Positions 1 to 12,815 are shown, counted from the first letter of the stretch. The stretch: 64,000 nucleotides of DNA from Paraspadella gotoi (GCA_051294375.1 CM119264.1:9938175-10002174); one strand, 5' to 3'. Made by a program: numbers and translations. The notes: generated by a model from the sequence alone, not told the origin.

Positions 1-77
1 TTTTCTGAGTATAATATTTAATATCTTCAAGTAATTTTTACAAACTTATTAACAAATCTGATTATGTCAAATATCAC

Positions 78-622
78 TAAAAGTATTCTTTTGTGACACT
101 ATTAAATAGCGGTAATATTCAATCTCTCTCCTTTTAACAAGAATGGTAATTCAAATGTGTTGTGCCGCAGTGACTCCCTTGTGACATGATATGACATGAC
201 GTGACATGACATTATATTACNNNNNNNNNNNNNNNNNNNNNNNNNNNNNNNNNNNNNNNNNNNNNNNNNNNNNNNNNNNNNNNNNNNNNNNNNNNNNNNN
301 NNNNNNNNNNNNNNNNNNNNNNNNNCATGACTGCATAACTACAATAACTTTTTTAGCCTGTGTATTTATGACATGCATCGGATTCCGTCTTTTGTTTTTT
401 ATAGTTTTAGGATTTCCTGATGGCGGCGCTAGCAGTCACTTAGATTAAAAGGTTTTTTACTGACTAAACAAATGAACAACCAACTATATTATAAGTGTTT
501 CTTACGTAAGTGGGACAGATGGATGGACAGACATACCGACCGACCGACAGATCGACAGACCGACCGACCGACCGAAAAGTGACTTTAGACTTCTTCCGCT
601 AGTACTCGCAGCGATACTAAAA
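78..622 (-). mobile_element. Putative non-autonomous Helentron-associated (HINE/DINE-1-like) element, degenerate, interrupted by an N gap
   Basis: A (CCGA/GGAC)n tract at ~514-575 is followed by aaagtgactttagact...actaaaaa, mirroring the reverse complement of the 2381-2440 terminus. tattaaatagcggtaat near 100-116 resembles the reverse complement of attaccgctttatta (~3158-3172). Family assignment is inferred from architecture only. Confidence 0.4.
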
Positions 623-709
623 ATGGGAGATTGGGAAATTAGGGGTGGATAATGGATCGCAGTGAAGGAGATATTTTGAAAAGATAAAGTCTATCAGTCT
701 ATCAGTATC

Positions 710-758
710 ATAGCCTGTTTAAAGAATGAATGAAAATTTTTTTATTATGGTTGTACCC
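710..758 (+). repeat. Short dispersed repeat, possible SINE/LINE 3' tail, copy 1
   Basis: atagcctgtttaaagaatgaatgaaaa...tggttgtacc resembles 1885-1937 (+) and 10066-10122 (-). Confidence 0.5.
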
Positions 759-1088
759 ATTTAAAAGCAAGGGAACCCAGATATTCTAGGAGTTAAAAAT
801 CTAAACTTGAGAGAGTCCTTATTCAGGGTCTTGTTACGTTATTAACTTGCTATATAGTGATTCAGAAAATGACAGAAACTGTCAAAAAAGCATAGATTTA
901 GAAATGAGGGGGTGACTGATATCTCAATTCTGCGCTGCCACAAAGAGAAAACTTTGCCCTATAATGCATTTTTCTCCATTCGACGGAGAGAAATGTTCGT
1001 TCGCCGAGCTCGACCTTAAGAAAATGCCCTTTCGATCAGGCTCTGAAAGAAATGTCAAATATCGATGTATTATCGATCATCACCTATG

Positions 1089-1336
1089 CAACGGTTGAAG
1101 ATATTTTCGAGGAGACGGAAAGTATCAACAAAAGAGAGAAGACGAGACGACGTAAAAATGATCGGGCAACGAGAACAGAATTCGCTCTCCGGCCTCCAGA
1201 TCAGTATTGGAAGTGGCATTTCCTGGAGGCCCCGTTGCGGAAGCAGGAGAACCGAATCTGTTCTCGTTGCCGATCATTTTCAACGTCGTCGTTTCTCTCT
1301 TTGTTGGAATACTTTCCGTCTCCTCGTTCAACGTTG
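1089..1336. repeat. Long imperfect inverted repeat (fold-back hairpin)
   Basis: Arm 1108-1190 is a near reverse complement of 1246-1326. Inner stem ggcctccag (1191-1199) pairs with ctggaggcc (1223-1231). Outer extension caacggttgaa pairs with ttcaacgttg. Confidence 0.85.
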
Positions 1337-1884
1337 GGTCTGCTGCTTCGAAGGCCAATCGCGTCTCTCCGCCGGGACGGAATCCTCCGTTATCGTCACC
1401 CCCGTACTCGTCCCACCCTGGCAAAAGAACCAAGCAGATGCAGTCTTGAAACAAGCAATGGGAGACCATTTGGATTTTCTTCGGCATCTCATACGAAAAG
1501 CTCAACATCTCCACTGCATGGCCTTCCGAAAGGTCGAAACCGTCTCAGCCGCCGTCGATGACTTCGAACCCTTTTTCGAAGAACTCTACATTCCGCAGGA
1601 TTAGAACAATTCCACCATTGATCCCGTCTCTTGGAGATTGAGCGACACCAGCTCGGAATGAGAAACTACGCGTTTCAATCAAGAGTGAGGAGTTCAATCT
1701 AATTTGTGATGAAACCCAACCTGATTTTGCTAATAATGTAATAGTGCGATTTACACTTGTACTACGATTTCTGCCTTGAGTTCTACCAGTGAATTGGGTA
1801 GCGCTGTTCCTCTGATATTTTAGGGTCTTTTTAAGCTATATGATCGTCAGATAGATTCCAGTAAGGATTAATCTAGCTTCCGCT

Positions 1885-1937
1885 TGTTTATTGAATGAAT
1901 GAATAATTTTTTAAATTAGTTGTACCAATTTCATAAA
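1885..1937 (+). repeat. Short dispersed repeat, possible SINE/LINE 3' tail, copy 2
   Basis: tgtttattgaatgaatgaataattttttaaattagttgtaccaatttcataa, followed by an AT-rich tail; matches 710-758 and the reverse complement of 10066-10122. Confidence 0.5.
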
Positions 1938-2380
1938 TTATTTATTGCAGAAAAAAAAAAAATTTACTGTGAAGATATTTTCCTCTTCACGCCCATGGAA
2001 ACATGCGTTTGTAGCATCGTCCGTTCCTTGCAAGCTTAACATAGGTTTTGTCTGAATATTTAGATGAATCTCAAGGAATTTCGTGAATAAAAAGTAGCCA
2101 TGAAGATTTCAAAGTTTTATTTAATGTCAATTATCCAGAAAAACCCGTAAAACTCAGGTTGAGAACGGGCAACACATTACAGGTTTCAAAACGAATTGAA
2201 GTTGATCATAAGGCTCGCCAAAATTATGAAAAGACAGAAAAAATACCAATGAAACAAATGACCAGACTTATAAAAGACTGGTCAAATACAAAACGAGGTC
2301 GGTGAAACGATGACCTAAAACAGAGCGAGCTAGGAAAAATACAGGGCGAGGTATAACTTTTCCTCAAACGGATTGTATCT

Positions 2381-3193
2381 TTAGTCGGATCTGCTTATCA
2401 TCAGATTCCGAGTCTATAATTCACTTTGTCGGTCTGTCGGTCGCCACCCGTTATCTTGTCGGTAAGTCACTTATATCATCTCAGAACATCGAATTATAGA
2501 AAATTATGAGAAAGAAATGATGTCTGTCCGTCCGTCCGTATGTCCGTCCGTATGTCCGTCCGTCCGTCCGTCCCCCCTTAGCTTTGAACGCCAATTACTC
2601 ATTAGTCATTACTCATTAAATTAAATTAAATTAAACTATATTTAATATACAAAAATTAAATTTTCAGCTTAAAATAAAGATTTTTTTTAATTTTTGACCA
2701 ACTTAATGTAAGAATTTTTAATTGTAGAGAAAACAAAGTTTTATTTTACAATTCTAAATCGCAACGAAATAGAAAGGCAACGACCAAAACCAGCCCGAGC
2801 GTGAGTCTCGTGTCTCGTCAGCCACGCTTAAATGGCAAAAATTTTAATAATCTTTTTATACATTAATGTTCATTATTAAAACGTTATTCTTTCCTCACTT
2901 TTTGAATCATAATTTAAGTTAAATTTAAACGCTTGACCAAATAATGCACATGTTCAAATTACGCAATTTGATAAAATTATGCAAATTGGTATTGGCACAG
3001 CTACTGGTAACTATTAACAGATCAATTTATTTTTACATTTTTTCTTAAATTATAAAAAAGTCTGTCATGATTTGTTACGTTTTGATTTGTTATGATCTGT
3101 TATGATCACAAATTGAAAGTCAGAAAGAATTATCGTGATTTATCAGCGGATTAGCTTATTACCGCTTTATTATCAGAGACAGATCCGACTTTG
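2381..3193 (+). mobile_element. HINE/DINE-1-like non-autonomous Helentron element
   Basis: 11-bp subterminal inverted repeats agtcggatctg (2383-2393) and cagatccgact (3180-3190), both flanked by T runs. A partial inverted copy (cagattccgagt) lies next to the 5' repeat, a (GTCC/GTCG)n microsatellite at ~2428-2572, and a small stem-loop agcgg...ccgct at ~3145-3166. The internal 2620-2930 segment resembles the MITE interior. Confidence 0.55.
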
Positions 3194-3380
3194 TTTGCTC
3201 AAACTTGTTAGAAAACTATTCTCGTTCTTCCATTTTTTTATTTTACTTTTCTTTTCCCCTCAATCTGCTCTACTCATCCATTTACTCTCTCTTTCTTCTG
3301 AGTAAAAGTCATAATTGGACCTAATGCTCGGCTCATCTTTGCCGATATTTCTCTGCCTCCATTTTCCCATTTATTTTGGA

Positions 3381-3428
3381 AGAGAGAGAGAGGAAGAGAC
3401 TGAAAGAGGGGAAAAGAGAGAGAGAGAA

Positions 3429-3486
<58 letters not shown>

Positions 3487-3611
3487 GAAATCGAAATTAT
3501 AGTAAATTAGAGCAGGAACTTTTTACATACTGTTTTGAAAAGCTACTATTTCTAAATAAAATATTTTTGATTGGTATACATTAATAGGTAAAAATATAAA
3601 GAAAGAAAGAA

Positions 3612-3651
<40 letters not shown>
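3381..3651. repeat. (GA)n microsatellite tracts
   Basis: Directly visible imperfect (GA)n runs at ~3381-3483 and ~3612-3651. Confidence 0.95.
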
Positions 3652-5767
3652 TCGTCATCTTTTTCTTCCCAATCCTCAGCGAAAAAAAAATTGAAATTCA
3701 TCTGTTTATGGATTTTCGAAAGAGGGAATGAAGATTCTCTTTTTCGTTTTTCCCGTCTCTTCGTTTCTCTTTTCTTTCGTTTCCATTTTCAATTCTGTCC
3801 ATTTTTTCCCTTTTTTTTCTGTTAATTCCAATTTTGATGGCGCCATTTCCATCGCCAACAAATTTGAGACCGACGTCGCCCTCAATCTCAGCAATTTCGC
3901 CTGATTGGTTCCGTTGTTTTCTCCTCCTGTGACTGATGGTTTCCACTTTTCTTTCTCTTGCTTTCAAGTTTCACTTCACATGTTACTTACATTTTTCACG
4001 CTTAAACTCTTCATTTCTCACGATACTTGTTCAACGTCACCCTAAACTCCCACAAAAGATCTGAATTTTCTGTCATTTCTGGCGATTATTCACTTTCAAA
4101 CGCTTCACAAAACTTAGAATCCCTACCCAATTATCGGTCTGGTGATTTTGATATAGTGAAAAATTGTATTCCAGTGAACGAGAGAGAGAGAGAAAAAACG
4201 TAAAGAACCCACAATAGTCAACAGACCCGATCTCCTATCGTGTCAGCGATTCTTTCAGCAAAAATTGTTCCTTCATTATGTTCTCTCTCCCGGCTCTTGC
4301 CCTTTCCTAGAATTGATTTTGCAGCAATTTCATTTACTACATTTTATCGCACACGAGTTTGTAAAAGTTGTGAATAAGGCGCAAAAATGGCTGAAGAGTG
4401 CTATCCGCAACTTTTTTAACCCCCACAAGCTGCCTGGGTCATGGGCTTGGTAACAGGCCTAAAACAAATAAACTATACTGAAACAATGCTAACCGTCTAA
4501 AAGGAATACCATGGCCTCGACAGGCCACATCGATGAAACCTTAAAATGTTTTTTGTTTCGTGTTTGTTTCTTGTTTCTTTTTTTTCCGCCGGCAAAGCGA
4601 ACGCCACCGGTCGACGAACCCGGGGACCGATTTAAATGCATAACGATATTTTGTTGGTCGACATTCGTCGAACTCTTCGCCGCAAGCGACGCAGCTTTCT
4701 CCGCCGACGCTGCTGCAGGAGCCGTATAAGCAGATTTCAACGCCGCCACCACCGCAGCCGACGCAACCGCCCACCTTCTCTTTAAGGGTCTTCAACTTAG
4801 TCTCGGTCTTTCCCTCCCTCGCATTAAATCTACTCTCGCCCCTCCACCCATGCTTAATAGTATTTGGTGAAAAATCGCTGAAAATTTAGAAATCATTTAC
4901 GTACCTTTTCCCCTGTTTCCGCAATAAAATCGTTTTAAATCTATCGCATCTTGTTCCGCGAAAAAACAAACAAAGCCAATCACTAAAAAAAGAGCAGCCA
5001 ATTGCGAACAAGTACGAAAAGCCAATTTATGGCATGGTGAAGCTTTTCTGACCTCGCTCGAATTATACACGAGACGGCCTCGAGACGTGAACCGTAATTT
5101 CAAGCGCTTATGGGTGGATTTCTATATGCTTGGCATTTCTCGAAGCACGGACGCTGTTTTTCTTTCCTTGGCCGATCGGGGAAAGCAATATAGAGCAGCG
5201 AAAAGAGGATATCATGAAGGAGTGGAATTTAATGGTGAGGTAAGTTAGTAAGAACAGAATTGATAAATTGTTCATCGATGCAAATATAGTTTCGATGCAA
5301 CAAATTAACGGCAAAGACAAACTTAGAAACTTAGGTTTGACGAGGTTTTGAATACGAAAGATGAATCGTGATGGAAGGAAGAGAGCAAGAGAGAGCAGTA
5401 ATGGAAAATTAAATATAGAAAGGCTTTTGTTCCCCAAGGATGGCATAGACAACCATGGCATTGTGGTTTCTAAGAAATGCGATTACGAGATAAGCCACAC
5501 TGTTTTTGGAACAGAACTTGAAACTCGGTGATCTGGAGCAATCAATAATAATAATCCTACAACACTCCGCCTTTAATCACTGACTGGCGAGTAGTGAAAA
5601 ATGGTGGTCGAGACAGACGGGCGTCGCATCACACGTTTCCAATTAAAGTCGGAATCGTAGGGGAGAAATTTACGCCTTCGACCGATTAATGAATGGAATT
5701 GTGAATTGTGATAGATCTAATTCATCTCACTGGGGAAATGAAAAAATATCGAGGTGGAAAGGTTCGT

Positions 5768-6063
5768 TCTCTCTCTCTCTCTCTCTCTCTCGTCTCTCTG
5801 CTCTCTCTCTCTCTCTCTCATCTCTCTTCTCTCTCTCTTCTCCTCTCTCTCTTCTCTCGCCCCGGTTCACCGGCCAATTCATTGTTTATAAATCAGAGTA
5901 AAACAAACAGTAAAGGAATCAGCGACGCCGCGAGCGAGATAAAGGGAAATCAATGACGCGTGGTGTTGACGTCCGATAAATAAACGAGAGCAGGAGAGAG
6001 AGGGAGAGAGAGACGATCCCAATAAATAAACGAGAGCAGACGAGAAAAAAAAAAAAAGAGAGT

Positions 6064-6135
<72 letters not shown>

Positions 6136-6224
6136 TTCGTCCGCCCACTTTTTAAGGACGGAAGGAGTGAGAAACTAAATGGCAAAGGATACGAGGATTG
6201 AAGCATTGCATTGCAATTCCTCTC

Positions 6225-6314
<90 letters not shown>

Positions 6315-6483
6315 TTCCAAAGCGGAAAGCAGGAGTCAGCCGTGGGAAAAATCATATTCCGAACAGAGTTTTTTCTTTCTTTTTTACGCAAAGAGGAAAA
6401 ATAGTCCCGCCTTTAGATTCGCTGAGAGAGAAATAGAAAAAAAGATAGAGGGACGAGAAAAAAATGGAGTCCTAGAAAAAAAA

Positions 6484-6580
<97 letters not shown>
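5768..6580. repeat. Cluster of alternating (CT)n and (GA)n microsatellites
   Basis: (CT)n ~5768-5857, (GA)n ~6058-6131, (CT)n ~6220-6314, (GA)n ~6486-6580. These explain the SLSL/ERER pseudo-ORFs. Confidence 0.95.
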
Positions 6581-6885
6581 TAGCAAAGAAAAAAAAACTT
6601 AAAATAGAGCCTCGTAATTCATCGATTATCGCGTTTATTAATGCCTCATTTAACAAAAAATCCATTTCCACGTTGCGTTCAAAACTGAAAAAAAAAAAGA
6701 GAGGAAAAAGAAAGAATCCTTTTATACTTCATAACCGCGCCGCCAGGAAGAAAGCCGGCGAGTCGCGTTTTCCTCCACCTCAGGATGAAAACATTTCCCG
6801 CGGGGAAAAAAAAGTAAACAAGGACAACAACAGGCGGGAGTTTTATCATCGGCCATTAGCTTTTATGTCGCCGCGTACCTTTTTT

Positions 6886-7004
6886 TAAAAGCGTCGCGCC
6901 ACCGTCAGCGGTTACGGCGTTTTTAAAGAGGGCGCCGTCGCGGTTTCGGTTTCCCTAAAGATGGCGCCATCGCAGTTTCACTATTGCTAAAGAGGGCGCC
7001 GTCG
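6886..7004. repeat. Short tandem repeat, ~32-bp period, 3-4 degenerate copies
   Basis: taaagagggcgccgtcg / taaagatggcgccatcg / taaagagggcgccgtcg start at 6924, 6956 and 6988, with a weaker copy near 6886. Confidence 0.75.
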
Positions 7005-7165
7005 AGGATAAAAAAAAAAAAAAAATAGCGCGGGGAAAACAAGCGATAAACGTCTAAAGGGCGAATCCGATTTTCAATTTCTCGACTCGAAACGTCGTTC
7101 GCAACTCAAAAAACAAAAAACAAAAAAAAAACAAGGGCCGCTCGTGAACCGACAAACGGACGCAG

Positions 7166-7496
7166 CCGGCTTCATTTCCGGCGAGGCAGGCGGCGTCAAA
7201 ACCTCGACCGGGCTTCATTTCCGGCGAGGCAGGCGGCGTCAAACCTCGACCGGCTTCATTTCCGGCGAGGCAGGCGGCGTCAAACTCGACCGGCTTCATT
7301 TTCCGGCGAGGCAGGCGGCGTCAAACCTCGACCGGCTTCATTTCCGGCGAGGCAGGCGGCGTCAAACCTCGACCGGCTTCATTTCCGGCGAGGCAGGCGG
7401 CGTCAAACCTCGACCGGCTTCATTTCCGGCGAGGCAGGCGGCGTCAAACCTCGACGCGGTTCATTTCCGGCGAGGCAGGCGCGTCACAACCTCGAC
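7166..7496. repeat. GC-rich 41-bp minisatellite, ~8 copies
   Basis: The unit ccggcttcatttccggcgaggcaggcggcgtcaaacctcga repeats head-to-tail with mostly single-base indels and no spacers. Confidence 0.95.
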
Positions 7497-7918
7497 GTCG
7501 CTTTCGGTCGTCTACAATCTGGCGTCGCAACCGACGTCCCGGACGTCATCTGGACAACAAAACCTCGGCGGTCGTGAATTTCCGTCACAGTTTTATGCGA
7601 CGTTTCGCCGCTCGAGGTTTTCCTCTCCCTCGAACTTACTCGTCGTCCGCCTGAGACCACACCCCCTAACCCACACGGGGACGGCATGCTTCGAACAAAA
7701 ATGACGTCCCCTTTTCCTCTTAATATCCCTAAACATCCAAAAAATATCCCCCCCCCCTCCCAAAACGATCCACCACTCCCTCGGGGATGGACAACCGAAG
7801 TGTAACTTGTCAGTTTAAACGCGTTTCGCAGTGAGAAACGGCGCAATAATCCCAAAACAGGCGCGGGAGATGACGGAGGGTACGAACGACGAGAGGGAAG
7901 GGGGTGGATGCTTAGAAA

Positions 7919-8507
7919 TAGAGGTAGTGAAAGTTGTGTACGAAAATTCTAAAAGTCAATTATGAACAACATACCATCAGTGAACATTAATTTGTTAAAA
8001 AAAAAAAAATTAATCTTATGTTTTTTTTTAAATTTTAGCAGTAGGCTATATTTATATATAGTACTATCCTTATAAAATCGAAAAAATTCAAAATAGGCTT
8101 TTCTTAATTTTGAGAATTGTTTTAATTCTTAATTAAAAGAAAATATAAATCATCATTAAAAATTTTGTCATTAAGTGGGTTAAAAATTTAAAAAAATGTA
8201 TTTAATACATACAATTTTAATTTTCAGCTTAAAATATAGGTTTTTCTGATATTTGACCAACTTAATGAAATAATTTTTAAAAAAGAGTTTTATTTCTTTA
8301 TCTCAACTTTTCATGACGAATCCAAATCTGCAAAAAAATTTTACAAAAAACTATTTTCAAATTTTGCCATTTATTGGATTAGCACTATGTAAATTGTAGA
8401 ATTTATAATAAAATATTTTTTTACGGAAATGTTTATTAGTATAATGTTGTTCGTTTTCCACTTTTAAAATTTTAATTAAAGTTAAATTTATAATTTTTAC
8501 TACGCTT
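7919..8507. mobile_element. AT-rich MITE (~590 bp) with long imperfect TIRs, diverged copy without the Penelope insertion
   Basis: Starts ..ggtagtgaaag..aaattctaaaagtcaattatgaacaacat and ends atgttgttcg..cacttttaaaattt..ttttactacgctt. Homologous to 23330-24796 and 25615-26217. Confidence 0.7.
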
Positions 8508-10065
8508 TAGACTGGGTATTGTAGGTGAGAATGTCGGTAGTCGATTGGTTGTGATGGCGTTGCACAATGCACAATTGCACATGGTGGAAAAGGATTGAGA
8601 TCGAACTCGTCAAAGAGTGGGAAGAAAATGGAGAAAGTAGGCTGAGGAATAGGTAGGGAAAAAACAGAAGCAGAAAATAGAACGCGAAGGAACTTGAAAA
8701 ACGGCGAGAAAGGTCGCAGGCAAAATCGGTTGCAAAGGGAAAAGTTTCTAGAAGGAAGCGAGATTAGAAGGGAAGAGGGGAAAAATTAGAAGGGAAACAT
8801 TAGAAGGGAAGAGGGAAAACTTTGACAACGACGAAAGCTCAAAACTTAAACGCACGGAAGAGAGCGTGATGCGAAGATTGGCGCGATGATTGGCGCCGAG
8901 AATGACGCGGGGAAAATTCGATTTGTTTCTCTCTTTTTTTGTCGTTGTTTGCGTCGTTATTGGCAACGTAATGGCATCGTTTCTTTCTTTCCCTTTTTTT
9001 CTTCATTTTCTCGTTTCAACTCTTTACGCTTGCAGGTCAACCTGGAAGCAGTTCATCACCAAAGACCTCGTTTCTTTTTGGCGTTAGAATATTCAAAATA
9101 TAAAATATTTTTAAATATGTGAAAAGCGAAAATTGGTTTTTACGAATTTCCGATGGAATTTGACGCCTTCGCTCTGTTTCGGTTTCAAAGCAACTCGATT
9201 AACCATTCGTTGTTCTTTTGTTAACACGATAGAGCCGCTCATTCATGTTTGATTAAATCCTCGACTCGTCGAGTCTGCTGTTTCGTGGCTCCTCTGCTTT
9301 TTCAATAAGTAAATAAACAAAGGTATTAACAACTCGGTTGTTACATGTTAAACATTCGGGAGTTTGGTAACATTGTGTTTTCTTGCATTATCAAAGATTC
9401 AATATTATGTAAATTTTGATTTATAATCTGCTTATATAATTTCTTTTCTTTTTTGTTTTTGTTTTCTCTCTCTCTTTTTCTCGAATTTTAATCATCTCCT
9501 TTTCCTTTACAGACAACTTCAAATGACAAAGAATCGGTTACATCTCTCAATACGAAACTTTTTTTTTTCTCACTTTTCTCACTTCCTCGAAAAAAATGCG
9601 AACAAATTAACAAATTAAAGAGAACAAACGTTTAAAAAAATTTAAATGAAACAAACCAACAAAGAACTTTAGCCTCAGTTTATTCGCCATCTCTTCGCCA
9701 TTTTTTTTTTGCCATTTATTCGCCATCTCTTCTCCATCTTCGTGCCATCTCTTCGATTTTCCCCCAACCGTCTCGCCTGTGGGGGAGATTTTTGAGTCAT
9801 AAGGGAATCTTCCATCTTCATCAGGAGAATCAGAGAAGGGGAAAATCTTTGGCCGGGAGCAAAGGGAAAGGGGCAGCTGGAAAAAAAGGATACGGGGAAA
9901 CTGGAAACCCCCGAAGTAGGGAAATGAAAATGGGGATGCCTTTCTCAACAGGATTTTAAAGATTCTGTCCAGCCCGAGATTGGGGATTCAGCATTGGAAG
10001 TCAGGAAGTCAAGAGTTGGAATCTCTATTGCCGAGATCAAATATAATATAATATATTATATATTA

Positions 10066-10122
10066 TATGAAATTGGTACAACCAATATAAAAATTATCCA
10101 TTCATTTAATAAATAGGCTATC
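10066..10122 (-). repeat. Short dispersed repeat, possible SINE/LINE 3' tail, copy 3
   Basis: The reverse complement atagcctatttattaaatgaatggataatttttatattggttgtaccaatttcatat is followed by an (ATA/TAT)-rich tail. Confidence 0.5.
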
Positions 10123-10727
10123 TTGCCCCTGACTTTGGAAAGGCTTTGGTGGTTTAAGGCCTCCATCACTCTTACAAGATAATGACAAAGCAGGTCCCTG
10201 CAAGCTTTCAATCAAGACTCTCTCACAGTCTCCTATCAATACTATATATATTATATAATATTCAGGTACTAACGAACGACTCTTTAAGGTACTGCCATCC
10301 TAAGTTGGAAGTGAAGGGAAAATTGAGCTTTTTATTTCGAGATTCAAAATGAATAATTTGTTATACAATTTCGCAAGTTTTGGGTTGAACAATTCCGGCG
10401 TCGTCCAAAGTCGTGAGTATAAAGTCCGTCGGGGAAAGTTATGACGCAATTATTCGCTCGATTGAATTTACGAGTTTCTCCAGACAATAAATATGAAGCG
10501 AAGAGGATCTATTTGAACGAGGTCCTCAGTCTCCGGGTTTCTTCAATAAGCGACTTTCGCGGTTTTAACGTTATGTTTAAGTGTTAGGTTGTACGTATTA
10601 CCAGTCAAGGAGAAAACGGTTTATAAAAGGTGTAGTAGTTTAAAATATTAATCAACTTTTTTTTTTTTAATTTCAGAAATTACCGATCTTGTTATTTCGT
10701 ATTGTGAGCAAAAAGAAGCGGCGTTCT

Positions 10728-10758
<31 letters not shown>

Positions 10759-12534
10759 TATAAAGTTTTTAAAAAAGTAGAAACTTGTTCATCGATAATC
10801 GTCGTTCTTTCTTCAGGCCCGTGACTGCATGGTGATCGGCTTTGTCGTCATCGTGTATGTTAATTGGTCAGTTGGTCACCGGCGTTGGCAAACTCGTTGA
10901 ATGGCGACGAAAGTAGCGCCCAAGTCGGCCGGCGTTGTCGGCGCAGTCGAGTATCGACTATTCTCGGGGAAAAACCCGACGCCCCAGACCGCGAATATTT
11001 TTTTTTTTCTTTCCTCTGAAAACTGGGAAAAAATGAATGCGGGCGCCGACAGCGCCGCCAACGACTCGGCCTATGCCTTTGGCGCCGATGCCGCCACCGC
11101 CTCGTCGTTATGGCTTTGAATGGAGAGTCAATTAGCGAGAAAACTCACTTTCTTTTATCCCCGCGCATTGAAGGCTTCTGCGTAGGAATTTTTAATGAAA
11201 ACTTTTAAAACTTTTTAGTGAACGGTTCCAATAAAAGTTAAGAAACCTATTTCACATGAATTAGCTAAAATTATCAGCTCTAATTAGATTTTTTAAAAAT
11301 ATTCAATAAATTGTTTTTCATTTTTTTTTTCAGAATTAGGTAAAACAATTTTTTTGTGCGTTATCGAAGTTCATGGCGATGCTTGGGCAGTTTATAAATG
11401 AGCGTAACAAAAATATATATACTATGTATATTTTTTTATTAATCTCTAATACTAGTAATAGGTGCTTGTTTACTCCCAAACGCTATGATTTTGTTTTTGT
11501 TTTGTCGCGGAAGCCCGTAATCTAACGGGTCATCGCGTGTCGTTTGCGAGGCGCCAACGCGGGGCTCTGGGCGTCCCGTGCAAGGCGAGCGTTACCCCCT
11601 CACTCCACGTGGTTTGTTTTCTTGTCGGGTCAAACTAGCCTTCTTTTGCAAAGTTTTATCAACCCAAAGCTTTCGCTTAAATACAATAAGTTAACGCCTC
11701 CAGCACAAGCAGTTATTATAGCCAAAATTTACCATTTACTTTACTAAATATTGCTAAGTCAAAAATGATAGATCGAGGTTCCTCAGGGGATGGTGGAAGA
11801 ATAGGAAATCACGTTTTCTGATGATGACTTCAACTCAATTTTTTTTTCTTTTACGCGGTGAACTTATCCTATTCTTATAAAAGCCACCAGTTTCATGAAG
11901 GTGATTGTTGTCTGACTATTGTCCAAACTTGGTCTCTAAGCATTTCAAAGCTCGAGTCCACAATACCCCTCGGTAATCTTCTTGCCACGGAGTGTCATTT
12001 GTTTTTTTGGAAATGGAACGCAAGAGTCGATATCAACAGCTTAAGATTATGCAAAAAAAAGAAAGGAAAACAATTTATACCCAATACGTTGCACTCAACT
12101 CGAGAACACTGATACTAGGAGTCAACAACAGCAACAGCAAAAAGTCAAAAACAGATGAGGAGGAAGAGGAGGAGGAGGCGAAAGAGGATGAGGACGTGTA
12201 AGATCAGCGGGGTCGTTCTCAGTTATGGAAGCGTAGATATGGCAGCGACCGTGAACTCTGACGCTTTTCCAAGACTGGAGGACGATGCTTTTCTCGTTCC
12301 AGTAAATATTTCGACCTTGGAACGTCGTGAAGCGGTGCCATGACTTAGTCCTTCTACAAATATCCGAGCTTAAAATAGATCATGTTTAAAAGGATATATT
12401 TTTCGTTAGACAAAAAACCTAGGGCGACGTCAATATGAAAGTTAATTTTTGAACGACCGCGGTCAGGTATCCGAAAGTGAACGAAGGGAGACTTCAGGCG
12501 AAGATAAAATAGACAAAGCGTTGCATTCACCCAC

Positions 12535-12815
12535 CTAGGCACTTTCATTGCAACTGTATTCAAAAAAAATTCATAGGAAGCTGAATTTTTCGACTCCTCC
12601 CAGTATGAAGTTCGATTTTTTTTCCGGTCGTGAAGAGCTCCCACTTCCCATCTCTCTTCGGTTTCCAGTAAAAGTTTCGGTTGGCGGACCCTTGGGAATT
12701 GCGCCGCAACAAAACGACAACTGTCAAGCGAAAGCTCGCGAACTTTTGGGGAGCAAATGTCGTCAAAACAGAAATTACAAAATAAAAGAAGAGAGAAAAA
12801 GGAAAAACGAGAAGG
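12535..12815 (-). CDS. Candidate exon, unknown product
   Basis: Acceptor ttttattcatgtag, open frame PSRFSFFSLLLFCNFCFDD...TVAMKVP, donor ag|gtgggt. Phase-compatible with the acceptor tttgtag before 12353 (RTKSWHRFTTFQGRNIYWNEK...). No homology recognised and the region is noisy. Confidence 0.22.

Noticed and set aside
4489-4795. Ala-rich ORFs in GC-rich patches (also 10876-11119 and 31837-32329)
   Set aside because: No recognisable domain or consistent exon boundaries; they could be exons or regulatory islands but cannot be supported.
5689-6888. ORFs rich in SLSL/ERER or F/K runs, here and throughout
   Set aside because: Translations of (CT)/(GA) microsatellites and polypurine tracts.
7166-7496. 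CRISPR-like array or 186-aa repeat protein (ORF 7144-7704)
   Set aside because: No unique spacers, no cas genes, eukaryotic context; the ORF only reflects a stop-free GC-rich 41-bp repeat.
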